Source of the DNA: Octopus vulgaris
Lineage: Eukaryota
Direction of reading: 5' to 3'
Length of the DNA: 64,000 bases
Assembly: GCA_951406725.2 (NCBI GenBank)
Contig: OX597814.1
Location: 150,474,001 to 150,538,000 of the forward strand
In this document: positions 51,358-64,000 of the stretch, one piece after another
Position numbering within the stretch: the first letter of the stretch is position 1
How the letters are laid out: each line of letters opens with the position of its first letter
Position numbers and translations under genes: made by a program
The notes under the pieces: generated by a model
The model's input: the letters and a program-made list of their open reading frames with translations, nothing else
Databases searched by the model: none
What the model was told of the DNA's origin: nothing

Positions 51358-54085
51358 TGTGAGAATAGACTGACTGAACGACTATAAATAGCAGCGGAGT
51401 GAGATAACAAAGAGAGAGAGTAGGCGTTAATCGCAGGAAGTCGTAAGGTGTTTTAGTAGTTTGCCAGAATATCGTTGGTTAGTTCGTGAATAGTTTGTGG
51501 AGAGTCTGTTGGATTGATAGGTTGTTGTTACCCTGCTTCGTTATATGTTTATTGTTACTACACGGTTATAGTGTAAAAATGTTTCGTCATTACAATTGGC
51601 GATACAACAATATTGGCGGCGATGATTCGATGCTCACGCAGGTCAGTTAACGAATTTTTGTGATACAAAGTTGTTAATATGGAAGACCTATTAGCTTCTA
51701 TAATTCAGTTGCAAAAGCAACGGCAAGAACAGCAACATGAGCTTCAGAAACAACGAACGGCAATACTTAAAAGTCGACCAGCAGTTTCTGGAATTAATAT
51801 GGAAATCCTGAAACTCTATAATTTAGTTTTCACCAGACGACGTATCCAACTCTATAACAGAAATCAGTTATAACCCAAAGGAGGGTATAGTGTTTCTGGC
51901 ATACTTCAGGGAAGATTGTCAGTCGTAGGCGGACAAGAAAAAGGTAGGAATATTATTACGTAAATTAGCTCCATCAGAACATAAAAATATTGTAATTTTA
52001 TACTACCCAAAATAACTAGTGAAATTTCTTTCCAGGAAACAGTCGAATTGCCATCAAAAATGAACAGTGATAAGAGTTCTCTATTTAATACTTGATGGGA
52101 CTGTTGGAGTCTAGTTTCTAAAAAAGGATGAAAGGCTTTGACGCGTATGCCGGGACTGTAAACAGAATGTGTGAAAGGTTTTAACTGAAGGAACTAAATC
52201 CTGATATGTTTAAGTGACTCGTTTTTGTACAAGGGCTGATGGCAAACAAAGATGCGGAGAAACGTGCAAAATTGCTCTCAAAACTTGAGCAAGTGGACCA
52301 GAGTTTAACCCTGCAGACAGTTGCAGAAGAGTGTCAAAGAATGGTTAACGTACGACAGGACGTAAAAAATTGAAGAGAATGATTTTTCTCAAGTACAAGC
52401 ATGTCGACCGGGAGGGACTAAACAAAAAAATGTTAGGACTAAACCCCATGCTACGGATGTGGTGGACTACATTTTAGGAAGGACTGTCATTTCAAAACGC
52501 AGAAATGTTAAAGTTTCCAAAAAATAGAACACAAGTGCTCACATTGCAGAGCAAATTTAGGAAGGTCGAACATAAAAAATTCTAAAGTTTTCTCAACGGA
52601 AAGTAGAAACGACACAAAAAATAGGAAAGTTGTACATGTAAAAGTAAACGAAGTGAATATTAAATTACAACTATATACTGGTATCGACATTTCGATAATT
52701 GATACCGACACAAGGAAAATAATTGGGAAGCTTGCTTTAAGAAAATCTTCGAAAATTTCAGGAGGTGTGAAAGGTGAAAAATTACACTTCGCAGGCGAAA
52801 TGTGGAGCGATATTACTTTTCGTGGTAAAACCTGTAATGCGAAAGTTTTCTTGTTAAAAAATGCAACCAATCTGTTCAGTACGGACTGGATAGAGCTGTT
52901 TGACGTATGGGACCTCCCCATAAGTCTGTACTGTAAAAAAAAAAATGGATCTCCCGCCAGTGAAATTAACTCATCAGCTGAATTTATGAAAAAAAAGATT
53001 AAAAACATGTCATTCAGGAGCTGCCAGTGACTGTACAAGATATGAAAAGTAAATAAGCGGAGAAAAAATACATAATAAAATTGAAGGAAACCTTGAAAAA
53101 TAAACAAAAGAGAAACACGAATGCGAACCATTTTTCACTCTTGCGACGCTGTATTAATGTACGCACAAGGCGTAATGGTATCAACTGCACTACAGAAACG
53201 TGTATTACATGAATTTCATAGTGGACACCCGAGGATGTCAAGAATGAAAACCTTGATGAGGAGTTACGTGTTTTGGCCGACAACGGAACGAGACATTGAA
53301 AATTGGGTGAAATCATGTAGATGTGCACTAGCAGCTGAGGTACCACAGATGAAATACCAATCGTGCTCTGAGACTGATAGTCTTTGGTCCAGGGTATATA
53401 TAGGCTACACTGGACCGGTGAATGGTGTATACTACTTGATCATTGTTGATAGCTTTACCAAATGGCCGTAAGTATGTCGGTATAGTCAACCGACCTCGAA
53501 AGCAACCACAAAGTTCCTGCACGAACTTTTTGTTTGATACGGTTTTCGGGACAACAAAGTATCGGACAATGGAACATAATTTACAAGATACGAGTTTAAA
53601 ATTTCTGCAAAACACATTTTTACCCCACCCTACCATCCGAGATGAAATGGGCAAGCAGAACGATTCTTTTAAGTGAGCACTAAAAAAAGCAAGGAACGAG
53701 TTAGGAAATAACGAAGCGCTAACTCAATTCTTAAGGGTGTACAGAAGAATCCGCCTGCTAATGCGCGCTCGGAAGGTAAAATCTATCTTCGAGAAAATGA
53801 TGCCAAAGAAAAAACATAGAGAGAAAATACAAAATATGCAACAAGATATTTTGATGTGCGAGATAAAATTCATTTCAAAATATACAAGAAAGGTAGAAAA
53901 GATTGGGGGGAGGACGGTATAGTGGCTGAAAGAATTGGAAATATGACGTATTTAATAAAAGGCCAGCGATGGGAGCATAAACGGCAATTAAAAACTAGAC
54001 ACACAGAAGAAAAGAAGGGAATTCCAATGGAAGTGTTTTACATGTGAGATGTGCCAACACCAAAAGAGATTGAGCCTAGAAGGAG
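51358..54085 (+). mobile_element. Degenerate Ty3/gypsy LTR retrotransposon lacking RT/RNase H and a 3' LTR
   Basis: A putative LTR runs TG...CA at 51358-51594, followed by tggcg (PBS-like). Coding remnants are gag CYGCGGLHFRKDC, protease-like LYTGIDISII, and integrase LHEFHSGHPRMSRMKTLMRSYVFWP and YYLIIVDSFTKWP. Confidence 0.88.
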
Positions 54086-54104
54086 CAGTATTCATCACTC
54101 ATCT

Positions 54105-55649
<1,545 letters not shown>

Positions 55650-56392
55650 TGCAGCACAAGACCAAAGCCTCCCCACCAGAAATTACCAAAAACATGTAAT
55701 GAAAAGAAATATTACAAGTAACTGCAGAATATGTGGAGATGGACAAGAAACAATAAATCATATTATCTCTAGCTGCCCAGTCCTGGCTAAGAAGGAATAT
55801 ATTCACAGACATGACAGAGTTGGAACCTACATACATTGGAAGCTATGCCAACATTATGGAATAACAACAGAAAAAAGATGGTATAGGCACACACCAGAAA
55901 AGGTCACAGAAAACGAGAAAGCAACCATACTCTGGGATATGCCGATACACACAGATAGAGAAATTAAGGCCAACAGACCAGATATAGTTGTCAGAGATCA
56001 TGAATAAAAAAAATGCTTTCTAATTGATGTATCAATACCGGCAGATGACAACGTGTCTCTAAAAGAAATGGAGAAACTCTCAAAATACAAAGACCTGGAA
56101 ATAGAGGTAACTAGAATGTGGAATCTGAAAACAGAAACAATTCCTATCATAGTAGGTGCATTAGGCATGATAAAAAAATATTCAGACAAATACATAACAA
56201 AAACACCAGGACTTACAAACACATATAACATACAGAAAATTGCACTACTAGGCACTGCACACATCCTACGCAGAACACTTTCCATACAATAACCATCAGA
56301 GCATCACAACAAATCACAGCACATACCCAAGGCACACAGAGCTGCGCTCGGTAGTAAAGTGAAAGCACGCTATAAAAATAAAACTACTGAAT
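55650..56392 (+). mobile_element. 5'-truncated R4/Dong copy between (AAT)n tracts
   Basis: Reads AAQDQSL...CRIC...HIISSC...RHDRVG...RPDIVV...KYKDLEIE...RRTLSIQ* with one internal stop. Confidence 0.93.
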
Positions 56393-56416
56393 AATAATAA
56401 TAATAATAATAATAAA

Positions 56417-57600
56417 GATGCTAAAATTTGTAGAAGAACATGAAAGACCGATAAAACTTGTTCAAAAACATGAAAGACCGAAAAAACTGATGCTAAAGCT
56501 TGTTGAAAAATATGAAAGACCGAAAAAACTTCACTATATTCTGAAAGAGAGCAAAATATTCGCTATTGATCTCTTAGATACCTACCAAATTGATCAGGTT
56601 GAATGAAATACGCCAACTGCTGCAAAGAAAATAAAATTAATTGCAGAGACAAAAGCACATGAAAAATTAGCTAGCAGATGGGAACAGAAACCTCTGTATG
56701 GCAAGTATGTAGCCCGTGGCAAACAAGCTGATGTCAACCAGAAACACACGCACCAATGGCTACGAAGCTCAGGGCTAAAAGCAGAGAGTGAAGGTTTCGT
56801 ATTAGCTGCTCAAGACCAAAGCTTATTAACCCGGAATTACCAAGCCAATGTGATAAAAAATGGAGCTGACCCAAAATGCCGATTCTGTAACGATGAGATT
56901 GAAATTTTATACCACCTAATCTCAAGGTGTAGAGTCTTAGCACCTGTAGAATATAAAGCAAGATATGACAGAGTCGGCCAGTATTTATACTGGACAATAT
57001 ATCGGTATTATGAAATCAAAACCGCTGACAAATGGTATAAACACCATCCTGAAGCTGTGACTGAGGGAGAAAATGTGTCGATTCATTGGGACTTCCCCGT
57101 CAATACCAACAAAACTATAAAAGCTAAAAAATGATATTATAAAAGATCAGACAAAAGAAAACGTGTGTAATTGACATGAGTATTCCTTGCGATCACAATA
57201 AGCAGCGAAAGAATTTGACAAGATCAGTAAATATAAAAGCTTGCTAATAGAAATTGAAAAAGTGCGGCATCTCAAGGCGACTACAGTACCAGTGATGGTA
57301 GGATCTCTAGGAATGATAAAAAAAGGTACTGAAACCTATTTGAAAATGATACCAGGCTTACCATCCCTACATGAAGTGCAAAAGATCGTGTTAACTGGGA
57401 CGACTCAAGTACTGAGAAGAGCGTTATCGTTGTGAAAACAACATCCATTCATGAATTTATTTATTTAATAATTTTTTAATACATATTTTACCTGAGAATT
57501 TGCGTGAGTAATACGGGAATCCATACAATGAGCTACTCTGCCCTAGGTGTACGGAAAACACTCGGCGAGAAATGGAAGAAAATTTGAAGAAAGAAGGAAA
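56417..57600 (+). mobile_element. 5'-truncated R4/Dong copy related to the 18.3-22.2 kb element
   Basis: Contains KNGADPKCRFCND...HHPEAVTEGENV...VLRRALSL*. The 3' end ccctagg...cactcggc.agaaatggaagaaaatttgaa is shared with the 18-kb copy. Confidence 0.93.
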
Positions 57601-57683
<83 letters not shown>

Positions 57684-57727
57684 CAATGATAGTAATGATA
57701 ATAATAATAACAACAATGATAATAATG

Positions 57728-57809
<82 letters not shown>

Positions 57810-57835
57810 TAATAATAATAATAATAATAATAAAT
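57601..57835. repeat. (AAT)n microsatellite
   Basis: Seen directly in the sequence. Confidence 0.98.
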
Positions 57836-57869
57836 CTGTAATCATGATAGAAAAATACAAAAATTGTTG

Positions 57870-59560
57870 ATAGAATGCATCACCCTAAGGCTGATATAGA
57901 CGATTTTACCTGCCAAGAAAAGAGGACGGCCGTGGACTTCTCCAACTGGAATTGGCTTAAACTCCTACCTGAAACTCTCTGATGACTAGATGTTAAAACT
58001 TGTCTTAAAACACAGTAACAAAACAGGCAAACAAATATCTAAGTGAATTCCAAATACAACAAATTCCAGAATTAGACGAACTAGAAACAAACACAGAAAA
58101 GGCTAAACGTATGAAAACCCGTGCTAAGACTCCAGCCTTAGATATCCTTACTGATAAATGGTAAGAAAAACCTCTCAATGGCAAATACCCAAAGAGAACT
58201 AATACTGCTGATGTTGACAAAGCCCTTACCCATCAATAGTTAGCGTCTTCTGGCCTAAAATTAGAGACAGAATTATTCTTTAAAGCAGCCCAAGCTACAA
58301 GAAGCTACCAGGCCAACAACTTAAAGAACGGTTGTAGCCCAACATGCCGTGTATATAATCAACAAAATGAAAACATTGATAATGTTGTCTCCATGTGCAG
58401 TCTTCTTGTGCCTACGGAGTATCTCAACAGGCATGAGAGAACAGCACAGTATATTTACTAGGTAATTTTTAAAGACTTGGACCTGTCTCATGATAAAGAC
58501 TGGAGGGAAGACAAACCACCGCCAGTGCTTGAAAATGACCACATCTCACTCCTTTGAAACTTCACAGTTCAAACTGATAGAAAGATAGATGCAAATAGGC
58601 CAGATATTATACTGAAAGACTTCAGATGAAAATCATGCCTCCTCATCGATATGACTGTCTCAATCGACATAAATATATCTGTCAAAACCTACCGAAAACT
58701 AAGCAAGTATAAAGATCCTGAAATTGAAATTGGCAAAATGTGGAACCTCAAAACTAAAACAATACCTGTTGTCATAGGTGCCCTAGGAATGATAGCAAAG
58801 GATATTGATTGCTACCTAACTCAGATACCAAGAAATCAAAAAATGGAAGGAATTCAAAAATAGTGCTCATGGGAACTGCCCATATCCTACATAAAATATT
58901 GTCTGTATGATCTAAAATTTTAAAACAAACTTATAATTTTTTCATGCGTCAAAATATTTTTAAATGTACATAGCAGTAAACACCTTTTATTGTCATCTTA
59001 ACATCAGACTATCATCTTATAATTAAATTACTTTTAAAACACTTATAATTTATTTACATTTTAAGACATTTTTTAGTAGAAGACTCGCCAACATGAGGCC
59101 CGCGGGCCGCATGCGGCCCATAGATGTTTATCTTGCGGTCTGTTTGATACTATCTTGAAATGGGTTTATTTAAACAAACATTATCAAAATTTTATCAAAA
59201 TTTAGGGTTTGTAATGAAAAGTATAAAAGAATGATACTACTGTTTTTGCAACGATAATATTTCATGTTGAATCAACAATCCTTCATTCATTATTGTAATA
59301 ATAGCATGAGAAGGCAAAATGCTTTCAATTCTGTCAGTATACAAGCGGCTCTCAAAACATTTTTTGTGATTAAAGTCGTCTGCAATGTAATTCGAGTTGG
59401 ACAGGCCTGCTCTAGAACAATACTCCGTGCAAAACCAAATATCTGTCACGCTAGTCATAACACCAACTTGAACTTCTAAATTGTTTTCTCTTGAGGTCTC
59501 TGGGTGAGACTTGGTGTCTACTTGTAGACATACAAAGCAAAAGCCAACCACATAATAATA
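57870..59560 (+). mobile_element. Degenerate 3' part of another R4/Dong family, ending in a short (AAT)n
   Basis: Contains MHHPKADI, ANRPDIILKD and KYKDPEIEIGKMWNLKTKTIPVVIGALG. The long 3' UTR ends ...ccaaccacataataataat. Confidence 0.85.
59079..59409. mobile_element. hAT/Charlie-like MITE remnant inside the R4/Dong 3' UTR
   Basis: It has a subterminal ggcccgcgggccgcatgcggccc motif, and the right end gagttggacaggcctg is followed by ctctagaa. Confidence 0.6.
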
Positions 59561-59930
59561 ATTATAGCCTTGGTGCATCTTTCCTAATCTCAGTTATAAG
59601 CTGAAGTAAATTTTCAGAGAATAAACCTGTTGTTGAATAACACTTAAAGGTAATGTGACTGTTTGATGCTGATCCGTTTAATTAAATGGTGATGTGAATA
59701 TCTAGAATTCAAAGAGAAACTTGATGAAATAGAATCACTTGGGAAAGGACTTGAAGTTCAAAAGTTTTAATGCATACACTGCTACTTTAAACCATACATC
59801 ATCCTTCGTGAATGTTAAATAGAACGCAACATGCTTGTCAACCTATATCTGAACATTTAAATACGGAGACACTTCAGGGAGTTCCTTTTCAAATTCTGAA
59901 TTTTACATTACAGGCGAATTAAAAAGCTAT

Positions 59931-60254
59931 ACACAAAACCAAAGCCAGTTTCGATACTTACACTTCTTTACCATCAATATATTAATATTGTGAAGATTTG
60001 CATCACTACTCGCTTATATTTCGGAGTGTTCCTCTGTATAAATTTACATTATTCCTCTTATTTCTCACATAAGTTTATCAATAATGTTAATAAACACAAA
60101 ACCAAAAGCAGTTTCGATACTTACACTTCTTTATCGTCAATATATTAATATTGTGAAGATTTACATCACTACTCGCTTACATTTCGGAGTGTTCCTCTGT
60201 ATAAATTTCCATTATTCCTCTTATTTCTAATATAGGTTTATCAATAATGTTAAT
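59931..60254. repeat. Tandem duplication with a ~163-bp unit
   Basis: acacaaaaccaaa...gtttcgatacttacacttc occurs at 59931 and 60094. Confidence 0.92.
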
Positions 60255-60699
60255 GCATGCCACATACGTCTTTCCTGGACTTAGATATTCTTCTGTGCAT
60301 AAGTGAACCATTTTTGCTAGTTACTGATCTTCTACTTAAAGCTTAATGCTAATGCAGGTGAAACAACATATAGCTATTTGTCACTCACCGATGTTGCGAC
60401 CTTTATATCAACTTGAACATAACATGATGTAATCCATAGCAGTTTTGATTTCCACCGAGAATAGTCATAATATATTGTCCGTTGAATTCAGGAGAAAATA
60501 CGTGGAGACACAACACACGCACACACACATACACATACCTACATACACACACATACACACACACGAATGTATATACACATATATAACAATATCAATATAT
60601 ATCTCTGTGCGTGTGTTCGTGTGTGTATGTCTATTTATGCATGTATGTATATATCCCATTTACACTTCGAATTTAAACACCTTCTTGAATTAAGAAAAA

Positions 60700-61750
60700 T
60701 GTCTAAATTAGATCAGTGTGTCCTCTATCATATGGTTGCTCTTCAACTGCATCAAAAAGTTTTCCTTCCCACGCCATTGAAGAGTAAACTTATTACCGAA
60801 CCTTTCCTGGGTTAAATAACAATTGGTGAAAAATGGATTCTCTACAGTCATATTCAATAAAATGATTCGCACCCAATAAAAAAAAGAGAATCCATCATCA
60901 ATCAAGAACTACACCTGGAAAGTGTTATTCTCTATGTTGGAATAAGTAGAGACCCTCTATTATAAAGTTTTAAACTAAAACGAAACGGTTAACATAGGGA
61001 AATATTGTCAATGCAGAGAAATACCGTCAGTTGCAAGCATTGCACGAAAATCAAAGAAAACATCTGTCGTTGGTCAATTTTAAGGAGGTGTTGCTTTTAC
61101 ACGATAATGCAAACACTTCATATTGCCCAAATCCTTCAGATAGTTATTGTAACACTTGCAACAGGTGTAGAGTTTGAAGATGTTGTAAGCTATGGTGTAG
61201 ATGAATTGGGCGGCGAGCTGGCAGAAACGTTAGCACGCCGGGCGAAATGCTTTGCAGTATTTCGTCTGCGTTACGTTGTGAGTTCGAATTCCGCCGAGGT
61301 CGACTTTGCCTTTCATCCTTTCGGGGTCGATAAATTAAGTACCAGTTACGCACTGGGGTCGATGTAATCGATTTAATACCTATGTCTGTCCTTGTTTGTC
61401 CCCTCTGTGTTTAGCTCCTTGTGGGTAATAAAGAAATAGGTGTAGATGAATTGCTAGTGTCCAACAGAGAAAATGTATCTAACGAGAAGCTGATACGGTT
61501 ACAAGAAGAACAAATTGAGAACAGATGAGAATACGGAACTCCGATTAAACTGACTGCAACGGATATTACTGAAGTGTTAGCACTTAAAGAAGAAGGTTTG
61601 CAGTTTTTACTCAAAACAACCTTAATCATGAAAGTAAAATAAAAATTACAAGAGGAATTTCCAATGATCTCACTTCCAACACTGAGCTGTAAAAACAGAT
61701 TGATGCGCCATGGACATCAAACAATTTGGATAAGTTCCTCAACCATCATG
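60700..61750 (+). mobile_element. Possible Tigger/pogo transposase remnant
   Basis: After removing the SINE the frame reads GVEFEDVVSYGVDELLVSNRENVSNEKLIRLQEEQ, which resembles the acidic C-terminus of Tigger transposases. Confidence 0.4.
61209..61438 (+). mobile_element. Young tRNA-derived SINE with a perfect 15-bp TSD
   Basis: ggtgtagatgaattg occurs at 61194-61208 and 61439-61453. Confidence 0.95.
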
Positions 61751-61752
61751 TA

Positions 61753-63369
61753 CAGCCTTGGCCAAAAGTATTAGGATACCCTATGTTTTGGGATTCTGCT
61801 ATCTCCATGTTAATGAAACTCGAGCACATGGTAGAATATGGTGTATTTCACAATATACATTAGTTTTAATATTTGGTTGACCCTCCTTTAGCATCAATCA
61901 CCGCTCTTATACTGTACTGTACATATGCAACCAACGTCCAAAATTAACTTATGTTTCCTTGATTATTTCAGAGTTTTATGCTAAAATACGTGGTACAGTT
62001 AATAAACAGTAAAATGCCTAAAACAAGGAAGTTGAGTGAGTGTGAGCGAGATCAAATCGTAGCTCATCATGTAGGTGGAATGTCTCAAAGGCAAATTGCT
62101 CAGAGGATGAAATATTCTCGATGTGTGGTGCAAATGACACTCAAGAGCTTCAGAGAAACAAAGGATGCGAAGACAATACAAAGAACAGGTAGAAAAAAAG
62201 GTTACATCTCGAGATAACAGACCCATCATCAGTCAGTCGCTCAGAAATAGGAGAAAAACATCGTTAGAGCTCTGTCCGGACTTCAACGTGGCAAATACTT
62301 CACAAATATCAACTAGAACTGTTAGAAGAAGGCTTGTAGAGTACGGTCTGAAAGGCTGTAAAGCCAGAAAGAAGCTATGAGTTTCTGAAGCGAATATGGA
62401 AAAACGTTTTCAGTAGGCCAATAACAACTCAAATTGGACCAATGAGCAATGTTCGAAAGTTATATGGTCTGATGAAAGTAACTATGAGGTAAGACACTAC
62501 ATGTTTTCAATCAACTTATAAACTTAACGTAACTTGTTTGTTGCTCAAAATTTATATCAAGACTATTGAAAAGGTTGCAAGACGCAATGAAAATTTTAGG
62601 AAAATAAGAATAAGAAATAAGTGGTAATTTTACCGGTGAGTGTGTTACATTATAAGGCACAAAAAGAAAATGACTCTCCCCAGACATAACAGTATATAAA
62701 AACAGTATCCAACATAAAGCTAATATTTTTTTGTTTTTACTTAGGTTTTCAGTACATCTGATACAACTTTCGTGCGTCGCAGAGTTGGGGAAGCATTTAA
62801 GGCTGAATGTCTGGCACCAACCGTAAAGCATGGGGGTGGTTCTATCATGATGTGGGCCTGCATGTCTGTCACAGGACCCGGAGAAATGTTTTTATGTCGG
62901 AAGGATAAATTCAGCACCTATGTTTCTATGGTATCGGATGTTTTAGAGCCATCGATTGCTAAATTGCATCCAGGAGTGTCGAAAACAGGACAACGCTCCA
63001 TGCCATACAGCAAAGAATACTCGTCAATGGCTTGAGACACAGGCTATTGTTCCCATGGACTAGCCAGCTCGAAGTCCCAATCTAAATCCAAATCCGATCG
63101 AACACCTATGGAGAACCCTTGGTGAAGCTATCTGGAACACAACAATTAAAAATGAAGAGCATTTGTAGTAAAAGTTGAGGGAGGAATTGAGTAAAATTGC
63201 GCCTAACCGTATAAAAGCGGTAATTGATACTAAAGGAGGGTCAACCAGATATTAAAACCAATATATATTATGAAATGTACCACAATCTACCATGTGCACG
63301 AGCTTCATTAACATTGAGATAACAGAACTCCAAAACATTGGGGTGACCTAATACTTTTGACCAAGGCTG
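61753..63369 (+). mobile_element. Tc1-like transposon with ~160-bp TIRs, TA TSD and a defective, intron-containing transposase
   Basis: The ends are TA|cagccttggccaaaagtattagg...cctaatacttttgaccaaggctg|TA. Motifs are MPKTRKLSECER, TVRRRL, IWSDES, PTVKHGGGSIMMWACM and SPNLNP..IEHLW. Confidence 0.95.
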
Positions 63370-64000
63370 TAGATACTGATGGATACTGATGATGATGAAC
63401 TATAAGGCAGAAGATATTGTCTCTCATATTCCCATTCTGTCACAATCATACCTCACACAATAGTTAAAATCTCTCGTGGTAAGATGTACTCACAGCATTA
63501 CGATTCTTATTTGCTCTGTAACGTATTTCTCTTGAAGTAATGTATGCATACATATTGTACAATGTATCTTTAGAAATTGTTATTCTCATACATAAAGCGA
63601 TTGTGTTGTTGCTTGTTTGTTGCTTTTAGGAAAACATCTTTAGGATCGAATTATCACTTTAAAACATGAAAAGCAATAAGAAATCAATTTTGCTCTACGT
63701 AACTATGCGTTACGGTATGTTTTCAGAGACTTATTATTTTCGTAGTCCTGGGTGGAGTTTCATTCATATATACATGTTATCTTCCCACTTGTTTTTGCTT
63801 GAGGAACTCTTGATGAACGAGTCGATAAAGTACTGGACAAATAACTGTGTGAATAACAGTTATTATATGGCCTCATAGGAGTAAAGAAACGAAATAAAGT
63901 TAGGGAATTGAGTCTCCTACTCCAACTCGTTTTTTCCCTGATAAGGATCTTGAGAATAAAAATTATCTACTTAACATCATTCTTAAATCCGTTTGGCAGT

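Overview
This is AT-rich, microsatellite-dense eukaryotic DNA with no recognisable host protein-coding exon. The SINE repertoire resembles that of Octopus (coleoid cephalopod); this is an inference from pattern recognition. The window is a stack of mobile elements: R4/Dong-type non-LTR elements that almost all end in (TAA)n, a CR1-group LINE with an intact 1005-aa ORF2, Penelope-like elements (PLEs) with inverted pseudo-LTRs, a gypsy relic lacking RT, mariner and Tc1 transposons, MITEs and SINEs. The most striking signal is a cluster of hammerhead ribozyme (HHR) motifs. A 505-bp non-coding tandem repeat (25511-26646) carries one well-formed type I HHR in each complete unit, which is a retrozyme-like layout predicted to release a 505-nt, possibly circular RNA. 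Next to it, a 3.1-kb non-coding element has inverted arms that each carry a different HHR, and further HHR variants sit in two PLE inverted repeats. Most long ORFs in the supplied track are microsatellite artefacts. All RNA folds were done by eye and are untested.
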